DNA from: Nemertoderma westbladi
Lineage: Eukaryota; Animalia; Xenacoelomorpha
Reading direction: 5' to 3'
DNA: 64,000 nt
Assembly: GCA_032718475.1 (NCBI GenBank)
Contig: JAUCBJ010008853.1
Span: 3,098 to 67,097, forward strand
Shown: positions 1-12,024 of the stretch, piece by piece
Layout of the letters: each line of letters starts with the position of its first letter
How positions within the stretch are numbered: position 1 is the stretch's first letter
The notes under the pieces: generated by a model
The model's input: only the letters and a program-made list of their open reading frames with translations
What the model was told of the DNA's origin: nothing
Databases searched by the model: none
Program-made: the position numbers and the translations under genes

Positions 1-145
1 GTCCCACCTGTTACTAGATTTCACTGCTATTTTCTCCCTGATACCGTGGTAGTTACACATTTCATTGAGTCTCATAGAATTAATTGATATTGATATTAAA
101 AGTTTTATTATTAGTTCTTTTTACTAATTTGATATTTATCCGTTT

Positions 146-250
146 TAAAACAATGTTTTATCTGTTTTAACACAATGTTTATCTGTTTTACCACAATGTT
201 TATCTGTTTTAACACAATGTTTATCTGTTTTAACTCAATTTTTTCCGTTT
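146..250. repeat. 21-bp tandem repeat (TATCTGTTTTAACACAATGTT), ~4-5 copies
   Basis: Unit recurs directly at ~21-bp spacing. Confidence 0.8.
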
Positions 251-410
251 TAGGCGGGGTAGCTCTATTGTTTTTGGGTTAAGCCCCGCCAGGGTCCACT
301 CAGACTTTCAATCTACTGGGGTCGATAAAATGAGTTAAATTACTGGGAGCAAATCTTGGGATAGGATTAGCGTAGCGCCCAACCCTGCCCTCGGGTGCAT
401 ACTTGCCATA
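250..410 (+). mobile_element. Possible degraded SINE with a conserved central core (Meta/Sauria-like domain)
   Basis: 291-335 GGTCCACTCAGACTTTCAATCTACTGGGGTCGATAAAATGAGT resembles the GACTCAGCCTTTCATCC...GGTCGATAAAATGAGTA core of metazoan SINEs (from memory). No clear A/B boxes. Confidence 0.4.
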
Positions 411-605
411 ATTACTGTAGAGCTGTTTTAGTACAGATGGATACCGATGGATGCTGGATCTAGTACTGTTTATTGAACTATTGATTATCGCTATTCGACT
501 GTAGGACAGTGTATTGAACTATGGATTAACGCATATAATATAATACTAATAAACTAATAATTAATAATTATAAATTAATTTAATTAAAATATATGTATAA
601 TCAGT

Positions 606-948
606 TTATCGGAGGTGGTCGTAGAGGTTTCTGCGTAATAGATCATTCAGTTGCACCTTGGAAACAGGCTCCAATCGCTCCGTTAATTCTCTCCACCATC
701 TTTCAATTTTATTATTTGTGGATGGGCCGTAAATTACGCCATCAGTTGGATCGTCGAAAATACCAACTCTGATGATGATAAAGCTGCATGTAATGTGGCA
801 GCTTTTCCCGTTTCCGTACCTCTGTCGAAACGGACGAAAACCGGAAGGCCTTAAAATATAAATTCCCAACAACATGGGGATTGGAGTTGGAATAAATAAC
901 TCTACACAATAGGGTTTTCCTCGAAAATGTATCTAAACATCCGTACAT
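606..948 (-). pseudogene. Fragment of an integrase-like DDE transposase (IS3EU/IS481-like eukaryotic family)
   Basis: Two frameshifted pieces: YGCLDTFSRK...SNSNPHVVG and YGPSTNNKIERWWREL, matching the G-x-x-D-x-F-S-R and N-x-x-I-E-R-W-W motifs. Confidence 0.6.
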
Positions 949-983
949 AGGCCTACCTATATGTGTACTAGGATATATGTGTA

Positions 984-1560
984 CTAGGCAGTAGTTTCTA
1001 CAGTAGGCAGTAGTTTCCTTCTTTTACGAGTTGCATAGACCATGTAGTGATCACTTATTTTCTCTTTGACTACACCGTAGTTATTGATCAAGCTGCAGTT
1101 TGAAACAAACACATGATTGATGATGGTTGCCGTATTCGATGTGACGCGGGTTGGTTCCATTATGAGTTGGTTCATTCCATGGGAGAGCCTGTGAATGACA
1201 GTAGTTTCTTTAGCTCAGTATCGATACCGGGGGTAGTTAATGGATATTTATTGAGTGACATTGTTTTAGAATTTACAACAGGAGTCATGTCAATGTTAGT
1301 GTCGCCCATTATAATAACTTCATTATATCTTGAGAAATCTAGACATGTTTCTAGGTTCTCAAACAGCAGTGTGTCTGCCTCAGGCCTGTAAACCGCTCCA
1401 ATAAGCAAAGGCTTGATATCTGGGAGAAATAATTCTCCAACTAACATCTCGGACTGTGTGGACTTCGATGACTCGAGCTCGATGAAGTTCAGTCTATCAT
1501 GCACATATATGACTATACCACCTCCATCGCGTTCAGGTCTATCTCGTCTAAAGGTGTTAT
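984..1560 (-). pseudogene. Apurinic-endonuclease (APE) fragment of a CR1/L2-type LINE
   Basis: RRDR..GGGIVIYV, IGAVYRP, IIMGDTNID, QLIMEPTRVT, ISDHYMVY motifs across frameshifted ORFs. Confidence 0.85.
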
Positions 1561-1799
1561 AAGAGTGAACGCAGAATTGTACAGTAATATTGTGGATAGA
1601 CAGGATTGATTTACAGCAGATATTTTAGATATGTTTCGAAAACGAAAATATTTAATATTGCATCGTTATAAATTCAATAATATTGCACATCATAATAATA
1701 TATTGAAGAACTTGTAACATGCAATTAATATTGCAGTTACAGTAGTTATGTTATGGGAGTACAAATTAAAGACCTAATAACCAACACCTTAAGACCAAA

Positions 1800-2718
1800 G
1801 ACCCCACAAAAGTAAGACCCCCCCTTCCCCGTCCTGGTACAAAAGTAAATCCCCATGGTACGAAAGTAAGACCTCTCAGGTACAAAAGTAAGACCCCCAT
1901 GGTACAAATGTATGACCCTTCCAGGTACAAATGTAAGACCTCCCAGGTACAAAAGTAAGACCCCCCTGGTACAAAAGTATGAACCCTCCAGGTACAAAAT
2001 TAAGACCTCCCAGGTACAAAAGTATGACCCCTCCAGGTACAAAAGTAAGACCTCACAGGTACAAAAGTATCACCCCTCCAGGTACAAAAGTACTGTAAGA
2101 CCTCCCTGGTACAAAAGTAAGACCCCCCCCCCCCCACTCAGGTACAAATAACAAATGTAAGACACCCCAGGTACAAAAGTAGGGTAAGACCCCCAGGGAC
2201 AAAATTAAGTCCCCCTGGTAGAAAAGTAAAACCCCCCTGGTACAAAAGTATGACCCCTCCTGGTACAAAAGTAAGACCCCCTGGTACAAAAGTATGACCC
2301 CTCCAGGTACAAAGGTAAGACCCCCTGGTACAAAAGTATGACCCCCCCCAGGTACAAAAGTAAGACCTCACAGGTACAAAAGTATCACCCCTCCAGGTAC
2401 AAAAGTACTGTAAGACCTCCCTGGTACAAAAGTAAGACCCCCCCCCCACTCAGGTACAAATAACAAATGTAAGACACCCCAGGTACAAAAGTAGGGTAAG
2501 ACCCCCAGGGACAAAATTAAGTCCCCCTGGTAGAAAAGTAAAACCCCCCTGGTACAAAAGTATGACCCCTCCTGGTACAAAAGTAAGACCCCCCTGGTAC
2601 AAAAGTATGACCCCTCCAAGTACAAAAGTAAGACTCCTCTGGAACAAAAGAAAGACCCCCTAGTACAAAAGTAAGAGCCCCCCCCCCCCAGGTACAAAAG
2701 TAAGACCCCAAGGTACAT
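1800..2718. repeat. Minisatellite, ~24-28 bp unit GGTACAAAAGTA(A/T)GACCCCYCCA, with a ~320-bp higher-order duplication
   Basis: Dozens of units. The block at ~2035-2350 is repeated at ~2351-2620, including variant units. Confidence 0.95.
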
Positions 2719-2839
2719 CTTGAGTGATAGTTGCATGACACTGAATTACAACACTACTGTATATTCCGGGGGACCTGGTGTAATAAATATTAACGTGACT
2801 AAATTACTGTACATTAAAATTTTCTATACAAGAATGTTT

Positions 2840-3280
2840 CTATTTAACCAATGTCAGACGTTTCAAAATAACGTTAAAATCTATGTTAAAATCCAACGTA
2901 ATTTTTACGTTTGGGTTTAGTGATTTATGTACATGATTGAATTTTACCAATGTAGACGTTACAAAATAACGTTACAAATCTACTGTATGTTAAAATTCAA
3001 CATTTATTTAACGTTTGGGTTTAGTCAGTTTTGTACATGATTAAATTTAACCAATATCAGACGTTTCAAAATAACGTTAAAAATTGATGTTAAAATTCAA
3101 CCTCAGTTTAACGTTTGGGTTTAGTTGATTATAAACATGTACTGTAGTTTGTAAACGATTATAAGAAGTTAGAAAACGTTTGTTCTTAAGTTATTTTTAT
3201 AACTTTATTTTTCTAACCTAAAACAGACTAAAGTCTAACGTTAGATTAGCGTAATTAACGTAAAATGTTTGCAGGGTACC
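2840..3280. mobile_element. Probable end of a non-autonomous DNA transposon with three ~100-bp subterminal repeats
   Basis: TTTAACCAATGTCAGACGTTTCAAAATAACGTT...ACGTTTGGGTTTAGT occurs at ~2843, ~2943 and ~3046; the region ends in ATGTTTGCAGGGTA. The partner end was not seen. Confidence 0.45.
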
Positions 3281-3394
3281 GATTTGGACCTAACGCTATT
3301 TCTGTACTTTACCCCTGCTCTGCTACACTAACCCTAGGCATATACAGCACGACAGCTACACACTACACGCCTCTATCAGTCTACGGTATCTGTC

Positions 3395-3422
3395 TAATAA
3401 TAATAATAATAATAATAATAAA
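3395..3422. repeat. (TAA)n microsatellite
   Basis: About nine TAA units. Confidence 0.9.
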
Positions 3423-3673
3423 TTCTTTTATTCCCAAAACTTCAAATATGTAAAATAATTGAAGGCAGCGTGGCCCTGGCTGATAATTTATGGGAATAAG
3501 CGTCATGTATGGCAGACAAATCCTTGACCTACACTAATTACATTACTGTGTATCCACTGGAGTCATATTGATGTTATACATACATACCCAATACATTGGC
3601 GCGTAGACACACACACACCCCATACTTACAATTTGATTGTTAATATTTATAATCCATACATATGGAACAACTG

Positions 3674-4894
3674 TGTTCGCGCTTTCAGACCTTTGGCAGT
3701 TTAACCCACCAAATTAAGATGTCTTCCAGATATTAAATCGGTTTTTAGTCTATGACAAGTATTTGATTCACTACACTAGTCGAAACCAATCTGTGCGCGA
3801 TCATTCACCCGCTGGATATTCCCGGGAGATTGGGTTCGACGGTTTAATTTTATTGCTATGTAAGCCTAATGTATTATTCGACTGACAGTATTATATAATC
3901 TCTGACAATATTATTCACCTTCGGGAATATTAACAGTTCCTTTAGGACGTGGCGCTTTATCTATATAAACAGAGTTATGACTTAAACTACTCACAACGAT
4001 ATGGCTTAATTATAATTCACATATATGGCGCATTCTTTAGGAATGCTTCTTTAACAGACTCACTCATACACAATGCTGCACAATACTGCACACTAATCTG
4101 CCGATCTTCACTGATTTTAGTCACATATAAAAGGAACACAGACTGACTCATGTAGGGTCTATCAAATAACATTAGATTCACTTCAAACCACTTTAACATA
4201 AGTCACAATCGTTTATCTGTAACCTTTCTCTCTTACCTTCGGTACATCAAGAATATTGGGTTTCGGGGTTATTTCTCGTTATTCCAATATAATAATTCAT
4301 CAACCATATTATGAAGAACTGACAGTAAATAGCAGTATAAAACAACAACTGAACACTGATTGTTATGAGTTTGCAATGTTTCAGCAGTCAGTATGTATGA
4401 TCAGTTAGCAGTGATTCCATGAGTTTGATCGGTATGTCAGTTAAAGGATATATGCTCTTATAATTAAACCTACTAGTGTAAGACTAAAAACTGAAAACAC
4501 GGAGGTGCCAAAAGCCGGTTCTTAGGCTCTGGGCAAAAACATAACACTGAACTACTGAGTTTCTGTATATACCTTCAACACAGAGACAACAAACGCTCTG
4601 ATTGGTCAACCTGAACAACGAGAGAACAGAGAAACAAAGAAACGTCGACGTGGCAATATCAGCTGCTAGCCGTCGTCATGGTAGCGACACTGTTTTCAAG
4701 AGTATCGAGCTTTTACGTCACGGAATTACGGATTATGTCCTCTAAAGTACAAATACAGAAGAAATAGCTTTTATGTCCGCTAAAACACCAGTACAGCAAG
4801 GACACGGCCTTTTTATGCCTGGTAAACCAACTACAGAGTATTTTACGGGAAAAATAAGGAAAAATAACCGGACAATTCAGCAAAAGCTTTTACA
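3674..4894 (-). repeat. 3' LTR of element 1
   Basis: Near-identical to 14208-15428; only two substitutions spotted by eye. Confidence 0.97.
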
Positions 4895-4902
4895 CCGCTC
4901 CC
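4895..4902 (-). promoter_or_regulatory. Polypurine tract of element 1
   Basis: Minus strand reads GGGAGCGG immediately before TGTAAAAG of the 3' LTR. Confidence 0.7.
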
Positions 4903-5039
4903 AGAAAATGGGATTTTCAGTCTATAAAATATAAAAATCACAGTTTCTAAAACATAAAGATACTCTAAACAGTTAGTCTTTCTTACGCAGACGGCGTTTA
5001 CGCAGTTTTTTGAGGCTAGCAAGAGTCTTTTTCTCTTTG

Positions 5040-6259
5040 GGGGGAGCCACTTTACTAGGAGGGCCATAACTCCTGGGTGAAGGGTGCAATATGATTGCAT
5101 CAGAAGGTGTAGGATTGTGGTCGGGGTATACGCCGTTTCGATATGCTTCTCCTCGAGCTGATTTTCCTCCGCTCGTAGCTGGATACGTTCATCCAAAAAC
5201 TCTCGCAGAGAATGGGGTTGTCTAAGTGCGATATCTTCTTAGAGATTCTGGATTTCACAATCGAACTGAGATAAAGACAATTCGTTTATCGCTTGGACTT
5301 GCTGTTATAACTTACGTTTATCTGAACAAACGTAGGTTTCCTTTCTGATCTTTGTAGAATAGCGTTTAACTCGTTTGGTACAACGTTCTCCGCCACTCTG
5401 GTGACAGGTTATATCGTGTCAAGCCGGGACGATGGTAAGGGTTAAACGGCGATATTAAATGTCCGCGTCACAATCCGGCTAGGTAAGATAGGCGGCTAGC
5501 TAGAAATCACTGTCGGAGTGTTACCGATTAATTGTTAGGGTAGCACTAGATCTTTGAACAGTGAATACAGTCCGCGAGGATCCGCGACATCACCAGGATC
5601 GCAGGTCTGAGGTCCAACTAAGGAATGAGGAGGTTTGACCGAGTATTCCGGGACTCTGATCGTAGGTTTACTCCAGGATCGTTCGAGCCGAGTGAGCATA
5701 GGTGATACGTCAACAAGTTTCGGTTTACGTGGATGTTTATGTCTTTCCGTTTATTAGTTGGGTCTAGGGCGTTTATCGTAATAATACCAAAGACGCACGT
5801 CTGGTAGGGTAAACGCGGGTGATATTTGTTTGTTGTTACAATGCTTCTATCAAGAATTCCAAATATACGTTGGAGTTACCGCGTCCATTTGTTTCTTTAG
5901 TGTCTTTTCTTTCGAGTCGATTTCGAATAGAATTTTCGCATTCGAATTTCAGTTTATGGTTCCGACTCCGCTGGGCAGGATATATAGTCGACATAGTCCG
6001 TATTGTGTAAATCGATAGGATGACCAGTAGTTAAGAAGCCCATATACGTACCATTACGCTGCGTATATCGAGCAGCGAATTTTCTATAGTCCAACTCACG
6101 CGTGAGCTGCTCTTGGGACATTGGCGGTTCGATATAACGACCATCGTCCTCCGCAGCAGTTGGACTAACGTCGCCGCGTATTAAGCTATCAACAAACGCT
6201 TGTAAAAGTAGAGTATATCGCTCCCCGATACCAAGACCATCTTCTATCAACTCCGTCAT
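5040..6259 (-). pseudogene. Possible decayed accessory ORF in the 3' region of element 1
   Basis: Protein-like ORF pieces 5954-6259 and 4843-5196 on the element strand, in sequence of higher GC than the flanking UTR. No recognisable domain. Confidence 0.35.
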
Positions 6260-7917
6260 ATCTGCTATATATGAGTTTATCCATATTATAATGAGTTTAT
6301 ATTCAGGCTAGCGAGCGTCGCTGCCTACTCCAATTAACCCCCGGACAGTACGAGATCCTCAGCGCCGATGTGTCGTCGCCGCTGTACTTTCGCCAACGAC
6401 GTAGCCGCACAACGACAACGACAACCGACACAAGTCACTCGACTGTCCGTCCCAAAGACTTAGATGTACTTCAGGTTTTCCTTGGAGAGTTAGGTTACTT
6501 TTACGATTGCGACTAGCTACTGTAAACACACCTTAGCAGTAACATTCACCTATAAACTCACAAATACCACACACACAACTTGTCACAAATTACACACATT
6601 CGGGCCATTTGTCCGTTAGTCAATGCCTTCCAGAATGTCACTGTATTATTATGTATCCTTGGATACTAGTAGTGCGCTATTTATTCCCTATGCTATTCAA
6701 TGGGACAAGCTTTCTATTGTTCTTTTAACTCAATTCTAATTCTAGCGTGGTTGTTGCTATGGTGACATTATGCAAAGCTAGCGGTAGAATTAGGGTGATT
6801 CCAATGCATACAGATCTGGGATGTTATTTAATAGTAATTCTTTAATAGTCAATGTCCTGTTTTATACATGACTTTAAGAATTTTATCGGCTATTAACTAT
6901 GTTTGGGAGACTTTCGTACACGTCATACGCATAATAAGATAAATCTCCGCTCCCTTGATCTATTAATTAATGGAATTTTGGGAACTGTTATAAATTGCGT
7001 AAAATGGCAATTTATTAAATTCATTAAAAGGCATGAATTTAAATTTATTCCCTGAAATTTTATTATTTGATAATTAAATGGACATATTTTGATTCTAGAA
7101 CATGTCTAGGGGCACAAGATCCTTAATTCTAAGAAATTGTCTCTTTAAGAATATCGGTAAATGCTACGATATCTTAATTGACTAGAATTGTTGAAGGATC
7201 TGAATTTTACAGATTTTGACTTATTTGATTTGTAAATATTAACTAATTAATATTTGAGATGGGCACCGATTTATTCCAGAACTTGTCTGGGGACGTTAAC
7301 CACTGATTCTAGAATTTGTCTTTCAAGTATATCGGTGGGTGCCGCGATATCTTAATCGACTAGAATTACAGATGGTCAAAGGGTTTAACAGATTTATTTT
7401 GCGTTATACGCTACTGTTAAAGGGACATCACGCTACTATATGTATTATTTAATATACGGTATGAGAGCAATATCGCACGAAGCAATGTCAGTGTGAAGAG
7501 GCAAGTCGTTTCCAAGGTCTACCCAGAGCTTGGTTTAGCCGAGACACGAGGATCTGAACTTTGCATTCCTAATACTCTGCCTACCAATAATACTTAAATA
7601 TAGTAGTGGCTTTATTGTACTTTAATAAGTACGGACATTTCATCTTACTGTAGTCACGTATTTATAATATGATACGGACAGTAAGGAAAGAGGAAAAGAA
7701 TTATTTCTTGCCGTCGCATTAAATATAATATATACGTAATTAAGTAATAAACGCGAATATATATTGCACTAATCTACTAAATAATCGCTAAAATAACATT
7801 CTACTGAATAAAATTAAAGAAAACGATTATAATAAAATTACATAGTAATACATACAGAAATATAAAAATAATAAAATAATATAAAATAATAGAGTCACAC
7901 ACCCACTCCATATGTTG

Positions 7918-10900
7918 TTACGTTATGGAGTCCCTAGATGTTTGAAGGATTAGGGAGGTGGTCGTGGGAAGAGAATCTTGCCTTCCACAGTTTCCGGAGA
8001 GTCCTCCATTCCCTTCCGATAAACACAAACGACCGACTGGGTGATTGAGTCGCTGCATCCTGAATACAATTCCAGGTTTCCTCTTCGTCCTGGAATAGTG
8101 ACGATAGAAACATCGCTCAAAGTATATGACGGCGTCACAAAGCCGATTCCAGGAGCTATAGTGGTCCGTCGCTCTCTGCAGGAGAGGTGAGAGTCCCTGC
8201 GAGACGTCTGATGTTCCAGAGCTCCAATCGCTCTCTCTGATCTTCATGAAGGATCCACTCGCGGTGGGGAGGCCCAGATCCACGGCGTCGTCCCTGGCAA
8301 CATGTAATACCGACAGATCTATCCCGGGTTCAAATAACTCCGATCCACCCGTCCGGGTTTCAGGTTCGACTTTCTCCGCTCCCTTGGCTGGTCTAATCTC
8401 AGTCGGAGTAAGATGGGGAGGCCATTCATTCTCCTTACTCAGGAAGTCGGGTTCACCTAACCGGTCTATAGTATCTGTCAGTTCTTGAGGAGTTGCTCCT
8501 CTGGAAGCGATGTCCGTTGGATTAAACTTCTTGGGGCAATATCTCCATTGATCTACATTGGAGCTAAGATTGTCATTATCTGAGGAGTGTGGTGTTCCCT
8601 CAGTTGGGTCGTCTCCCTCACTAGTATCGTCTTCCCATTCACTCACCTGGCAGACACGATCTTGAAGCAGTCTTTCCCTGAGCGTTCTACGGGAAGGTCC
8701 AGTAAGGTACCAACCTACTCTAGTTCTTACCGCATAGGTCTGTAGTGGCTGCGGTTGAGCAGGTCGTTTCTCTAATGTCTCCAGCGCCTCATGCGCGTTT
8801 TGGCCGATGAGTATTTGCACTCCAGGATAATCAGTCTGGAATCGAGGTATGTTAAGATGTTGTATGCTCTCATCCTCGTCCCAATTATAAAGGTCTGCTT
8901 GAGTAGTAGCGAAGTTCTTTATAGCCACCATTTTCACTGACCTTATGCTGTGTTCTCCTAGTTCGTCTTGTGGGGTGGACAACGCGCCTACATAATAATC
9001 AGCAGCTGTTATTGTAGATTTCCAAACTTGCATAATGCCAGACATGTTGAGCTTAGTTTGGAACTTGGGCTGTCCAGCAAATATATCTTCGGCTAGCTCT
9101 TTATCGATGAATGTTCCTGTGCTGCCGGAGTCCAGGAGGGCGTTCACTACATAACTCCGTTTAGGTCCGTGCACCCTTACCTGCACCACAGGAAACTCTC
9201 GGATCCCTATATTGGAAGTTGGCGCTTTCCAAGATGGTTGTTGATCGGAAGTAGTTAAGGTAAGGTCGCTGTCTGTGTCTTTCTCATGTACGAGTGCTCG
9301 ATACACTGCGGTGGTGTTTATTAGGTAACAGGATTCGTTTTGGTCGGAGAACTCGTCCGTATAGAATCCTTCCATCTCAGATTGATCAGTGTCGTTCACA
9401 TCACTGAATTGGACATGTAGTTCGGACTCACTTACCTGACTCGGGCTGTTTCGTTCGAATTCCGTGTGCAACAAGATATGATGTTTTGCGCCGCACTTTG
9501 CACACCTTGCGTCGGAGTTACAGGTTCGCCGTTGGTGTCCTCGTCTGAGGCAATTATAACACAACCGCTTATCCCACATGACTTCACGTCTATCCTCGAG
9601 TGATTTCCTCAGGAATTTATCACACGCATTTAAACGGTGGGGCCCGTCGCACAGCACACATTTCGGCTTGATGTTACTTACTTTAACCTGTGCTATGTGG
9701 TGCACACTTGTTCTTTCCTCGGGCTTTCTCACCTGAATTCTTTTAGGAGACGTAGGAAGGGTTTTTTGTACCGGTTCCCTTCTGTCATTGGGTCGAGACT
9801 CGGATTTACTTACCTGATCTTTAGGCAATTTATTGACATAATAAGATCTGTCAGTGTCTTTCCCGCTGTCCTCTCCTTGAGAAGTTTGGCTTTCACCGTC
9901 GTCGGTATAACATACTGGTGTTACCCTTCTCCTAGAAACGGGTTTCTCACTTACCTTGTTTTCCAATGTCTTCTCTCTGGACTGCCTTAGGAGCTGTAAT
10001 TTCACTTCTCTATCTAAGAATGACATGAGATCAGTCATGGTAGGGTCTCGTCGTTGTTGTTCCATCATATATAACACCTTCTTGTCCCAGCGTGTACCTA
10101 CTCCACCCTTGGGCAGAGTAGATGCTAAGGCTCCTACAACCATAGAATTCTGGTATTCATGAGACTTACCTAACCAATCTAGTTGTCTACAGATCTCCTG
10201 AATCTCATCGGAAAACTCTATAATCCCGCTGCTAAGAAACTTTCGGGGCGCCATTAATTTCGCATATAAATACCTAGCTATGTTAGTCCTATTACCATAC
10301 CTGATGTTTAGTGTATCCCAAACTTGTCTTAATCCGTCTGGATGTCCAATAAACTTTAACGCCATTAACTTGGGAGATCCTTCCAAGCACTCGATGAGGT
10401 ATCTCAGTTTTTCTCCATTAGATAGTACAGAGTTCTGTATGTTATCTTTGTAATATTCATTAAAAGGTAACCATTTCATCTCATCTCCATTGAACTTGAC
10501 GATCTCTCCCACCTTTACCGCTTGCCGGGCTTCGGTTCTAGCCATTTGACGCGTAAAACTTTCTTGGGCCATCGTGCTATTTAATATCGAGTTATCGGTA
10601 TATAAATTTCTCGGATTATGATCAGTTCTATATGGAATATCATTATCCACAGGTCTATAATTACCCTTAATAGGGTTCACTATAGGAGTTTCTACTTCGC
10701 TAGCAGTATAAATGCGTGTAGGTTCCACACCTTGCGCATGAGATACTTCAGACCTAACGGGTTGACACATTGTTACAGGGGGTTGTGGTATACCCTTTTG
10801 TAAATTTACTAATTTATCGCGTTCTAGCGCGATACTTTGCTGCACTTCTTGCAACTTTAGCCTACTTTCCCTCACTGTTCCCTTTAAATGTTGGACAGTC

Positions 10901-12024
10901 CCTTCCAACTCTCGGACCTGTTGGGAGGAGCGTATCCGATTCTCCTTCATCTCTCCGAGGAGAATATCCATCCCCCGCCGTCTCTCGTCTACCCAATCAA
11001 CCGCCGAAACGGGATCCGCCAACGTCGTAGCGGGCAGACGAGGGACAACGGGCGACAAATTTGGAATATTTCGCTCGGGGTCCAGGACCTGAACTGTCTC
11101 CTGGGCAGTTCTACGGGGCACAGGTAGCTTAGTGCTATGCAGAGGGAATTTATAGGTAGCTTCAGGGAGCACAGGTGTATCTATTACCAAAGGGGTGATT
11201 TCAAGAACAGGCCTACTTATTTCAGGCTCATCTACTATAGTAGGGAGTCTTTCTATTGTAATTATTTGGTCTGTTGGTTCTGTACTCTCTAAGTTGGTGT
11301 TATTTAGTTGCCTTCTAACAGCTGGAGGCAAATCAGGCAATTTCTGACGGTGGAATGTTCTTTTACGTCTACTTAGACGAGATCTATTTCCCTTGCCTTC
11401 AGTATCGGTGGTATCGCCTTCCTCAGATGATGTATATCCCTGTCGTTTGGGAGTAGATCGATTCATCATCTGCATATTACTAGCTGTTAACTGTTTATTT
11501 ATGCAGTCTTGATTCTCCTGAATGTATTCCAATTCTAGTTGGGTGGTTTCTTCAGTCGCTCTCCGTTCGGCTTCTGCCACTGCCTCTGCGGCCCTTCTCT
11601 CAGCCTCGGCCACCCTTCTTTCAGCTTCGGCCGCTGCCGCTGCCGCCCTTGCCTTTGCCGCTGCCGCCTTTCTTTCCACTTCGGCCGCTGCCATGGCTGC
11701 TGCTACTGCCGCTGCCTTTCTGTCTTCTATAAGTTTTTTCTTTACTTGCTCTTCTTGGACTCTAGTGATGCGGAGGAGTTCATCAAATTTAGCTTGGTTC
11801 GCAGCTAACATTTCCGCATCGATGGCATCCAATACAAGCTTGGTTCCTTCACTATTAGGGCTAAGCCCCTCCAGCCTTCTCCTCAACTCGTCATCACCTA
11901 AAAAACGTTGATAGTCTGACAGATAGATGTCAATGGCATCTCTCTTATGCGGCTTCTCTGCTGTCACTTCGCTCTCGGTTGTATCTAGTAGACTGTCTGA
12001 CAGGTTCTGCTTTGCGTCAGACAT
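7918..12024 (-). CDS. gag: BEL/Pao Gag-protease polyprotein (1368 aa) with RT, RNase H and integrase core deleted
   Basis: Coiled coil, DUF1759-like capsid (FNGDEMKW..F, EKLRYL, RYGN), three zinc knuckles, protease LLDSGS, then only post-RNase H (QWRYCP..NPTDIASRG) and integrase-tail (HPVGRLCLSEG) remnants. Confidence 0.93.
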   Translation of the reverse strand: MSDAKQNLSDSLLDTTESEVTAEKPHKRDAIDIYLSDYQRFLGDDELRRRLEGLSPNSEGTKLVLDAIDAEMLAANQAKFDELLRITRVQEEQVKKKLIEDRKAAAVAAAMAAAEVERKAAAAKARAAAAAAEAERRVAEAERRAAEAVAEAERRATEETTQLELEYIQENQDCINKQLTASNMQMMNRSTPKRQGYTSSEEGDTTDTEGKGNRSRLSRRKRTFHRQKLPDLPPAVRRQLNNTNLESTEPTDQIITIERLPTIVDEPEISRPVLEITPLVIDTPVLPEATYKFPLHSTKLPVPRRTAQETVQVLDPERNIPNLSPVVPRLPATTLADPVSAVDWVDERRRGMDILLGEMKENRIRSSQQVRELEGTVQHLKGTVRESRLKLQEVQQSIALERDKLVNLQKGIPQPPVTMCQPVRSEVSHAQGVEPTRIYTASEVETPIVNPIKGNYRPVDNDIPYRTDHNPRNLYTDNSILNSTMAQESFTRQMARTEARQAVKVGEIVKFNGDEMKWLPFNEYYKDNIQNSVLSNGEKLRYLIECLEGSPKLMALKFIGHPDGLRQVWDTLNIRYGNRTNIARYLYAKLMAPRKFLSSGIIEFSDEIQEICRQLDWLGKSHEYQNSMVVGALASTLPKGGVGTRWDKKVLYMMEQQRRDPTMTDLMSFLDREVKLQLLRQSREKTLENKVSEKPVSRRRVTPVCYTDDGESQTSQGEDSGKDTDRSYYVNKLPKDQVSKSESRPNDRREPVQKTLPTSPKRIQVRKPEERTSVHHIAQVKVSNIKPKCVLCDGPHRLNACDKFLRKSLEDRREVMWDKRLCYNCLRRGHQRRTCNSDARCAKCGAKHHILLHTEFERNSPSQVSESELHVQFSDVNDTDQSEMEGFYTDEFSDQNESCYLINTTAVYRALVHEKDTDSDLTLTTSDQQPSWKAPTSNIGIREFPVVQVRVHGPKRSYVVNALLDSGSTGTFIDKELAEDIFAGQPKFQTKLNMSGIMQVWKSTITAADYYVGALSTPQDELGEHSIRSVKMVAIKNFATTQADLYNWDEDESIQHLNIPRFQTDYPGVQILIGQNAHEALETLEKRPAQPQPLQTYAVRTRVGWYLTGPSRRTLRERLLQDRVCQVSEWEDDTSEGDDPTEGTPHSSDNDNLSSNVDQWRYCPKKFNPTDIASRGATPQELTDTIDRLGEPDFLSKENEWPPHLTPTEIRPAKGAEKVEPETRTGGSELFEPGIDLSVLHVARDDAVDLGLPTASGSFMKIRESDWSSGTSDVSQGLSPLLQRATDHYSSWNRLCDAVIYFERCFYRHYSRTKRKPGIVFRMQRLNHPVGRLCLSEGNGGLSGNCGRQDSLPTTTSLILQTSRDSIT

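Noticed and set aside
1746-2741. Overlapping ORFs in the minisatellite
   Set aside because: Translations of a tandem repeat.
3949-4199. Small ORFs duplicated at 14483-14733
   Set aside because: They lie inside the LTRs; the duplication reflects the LTR, not a gene.
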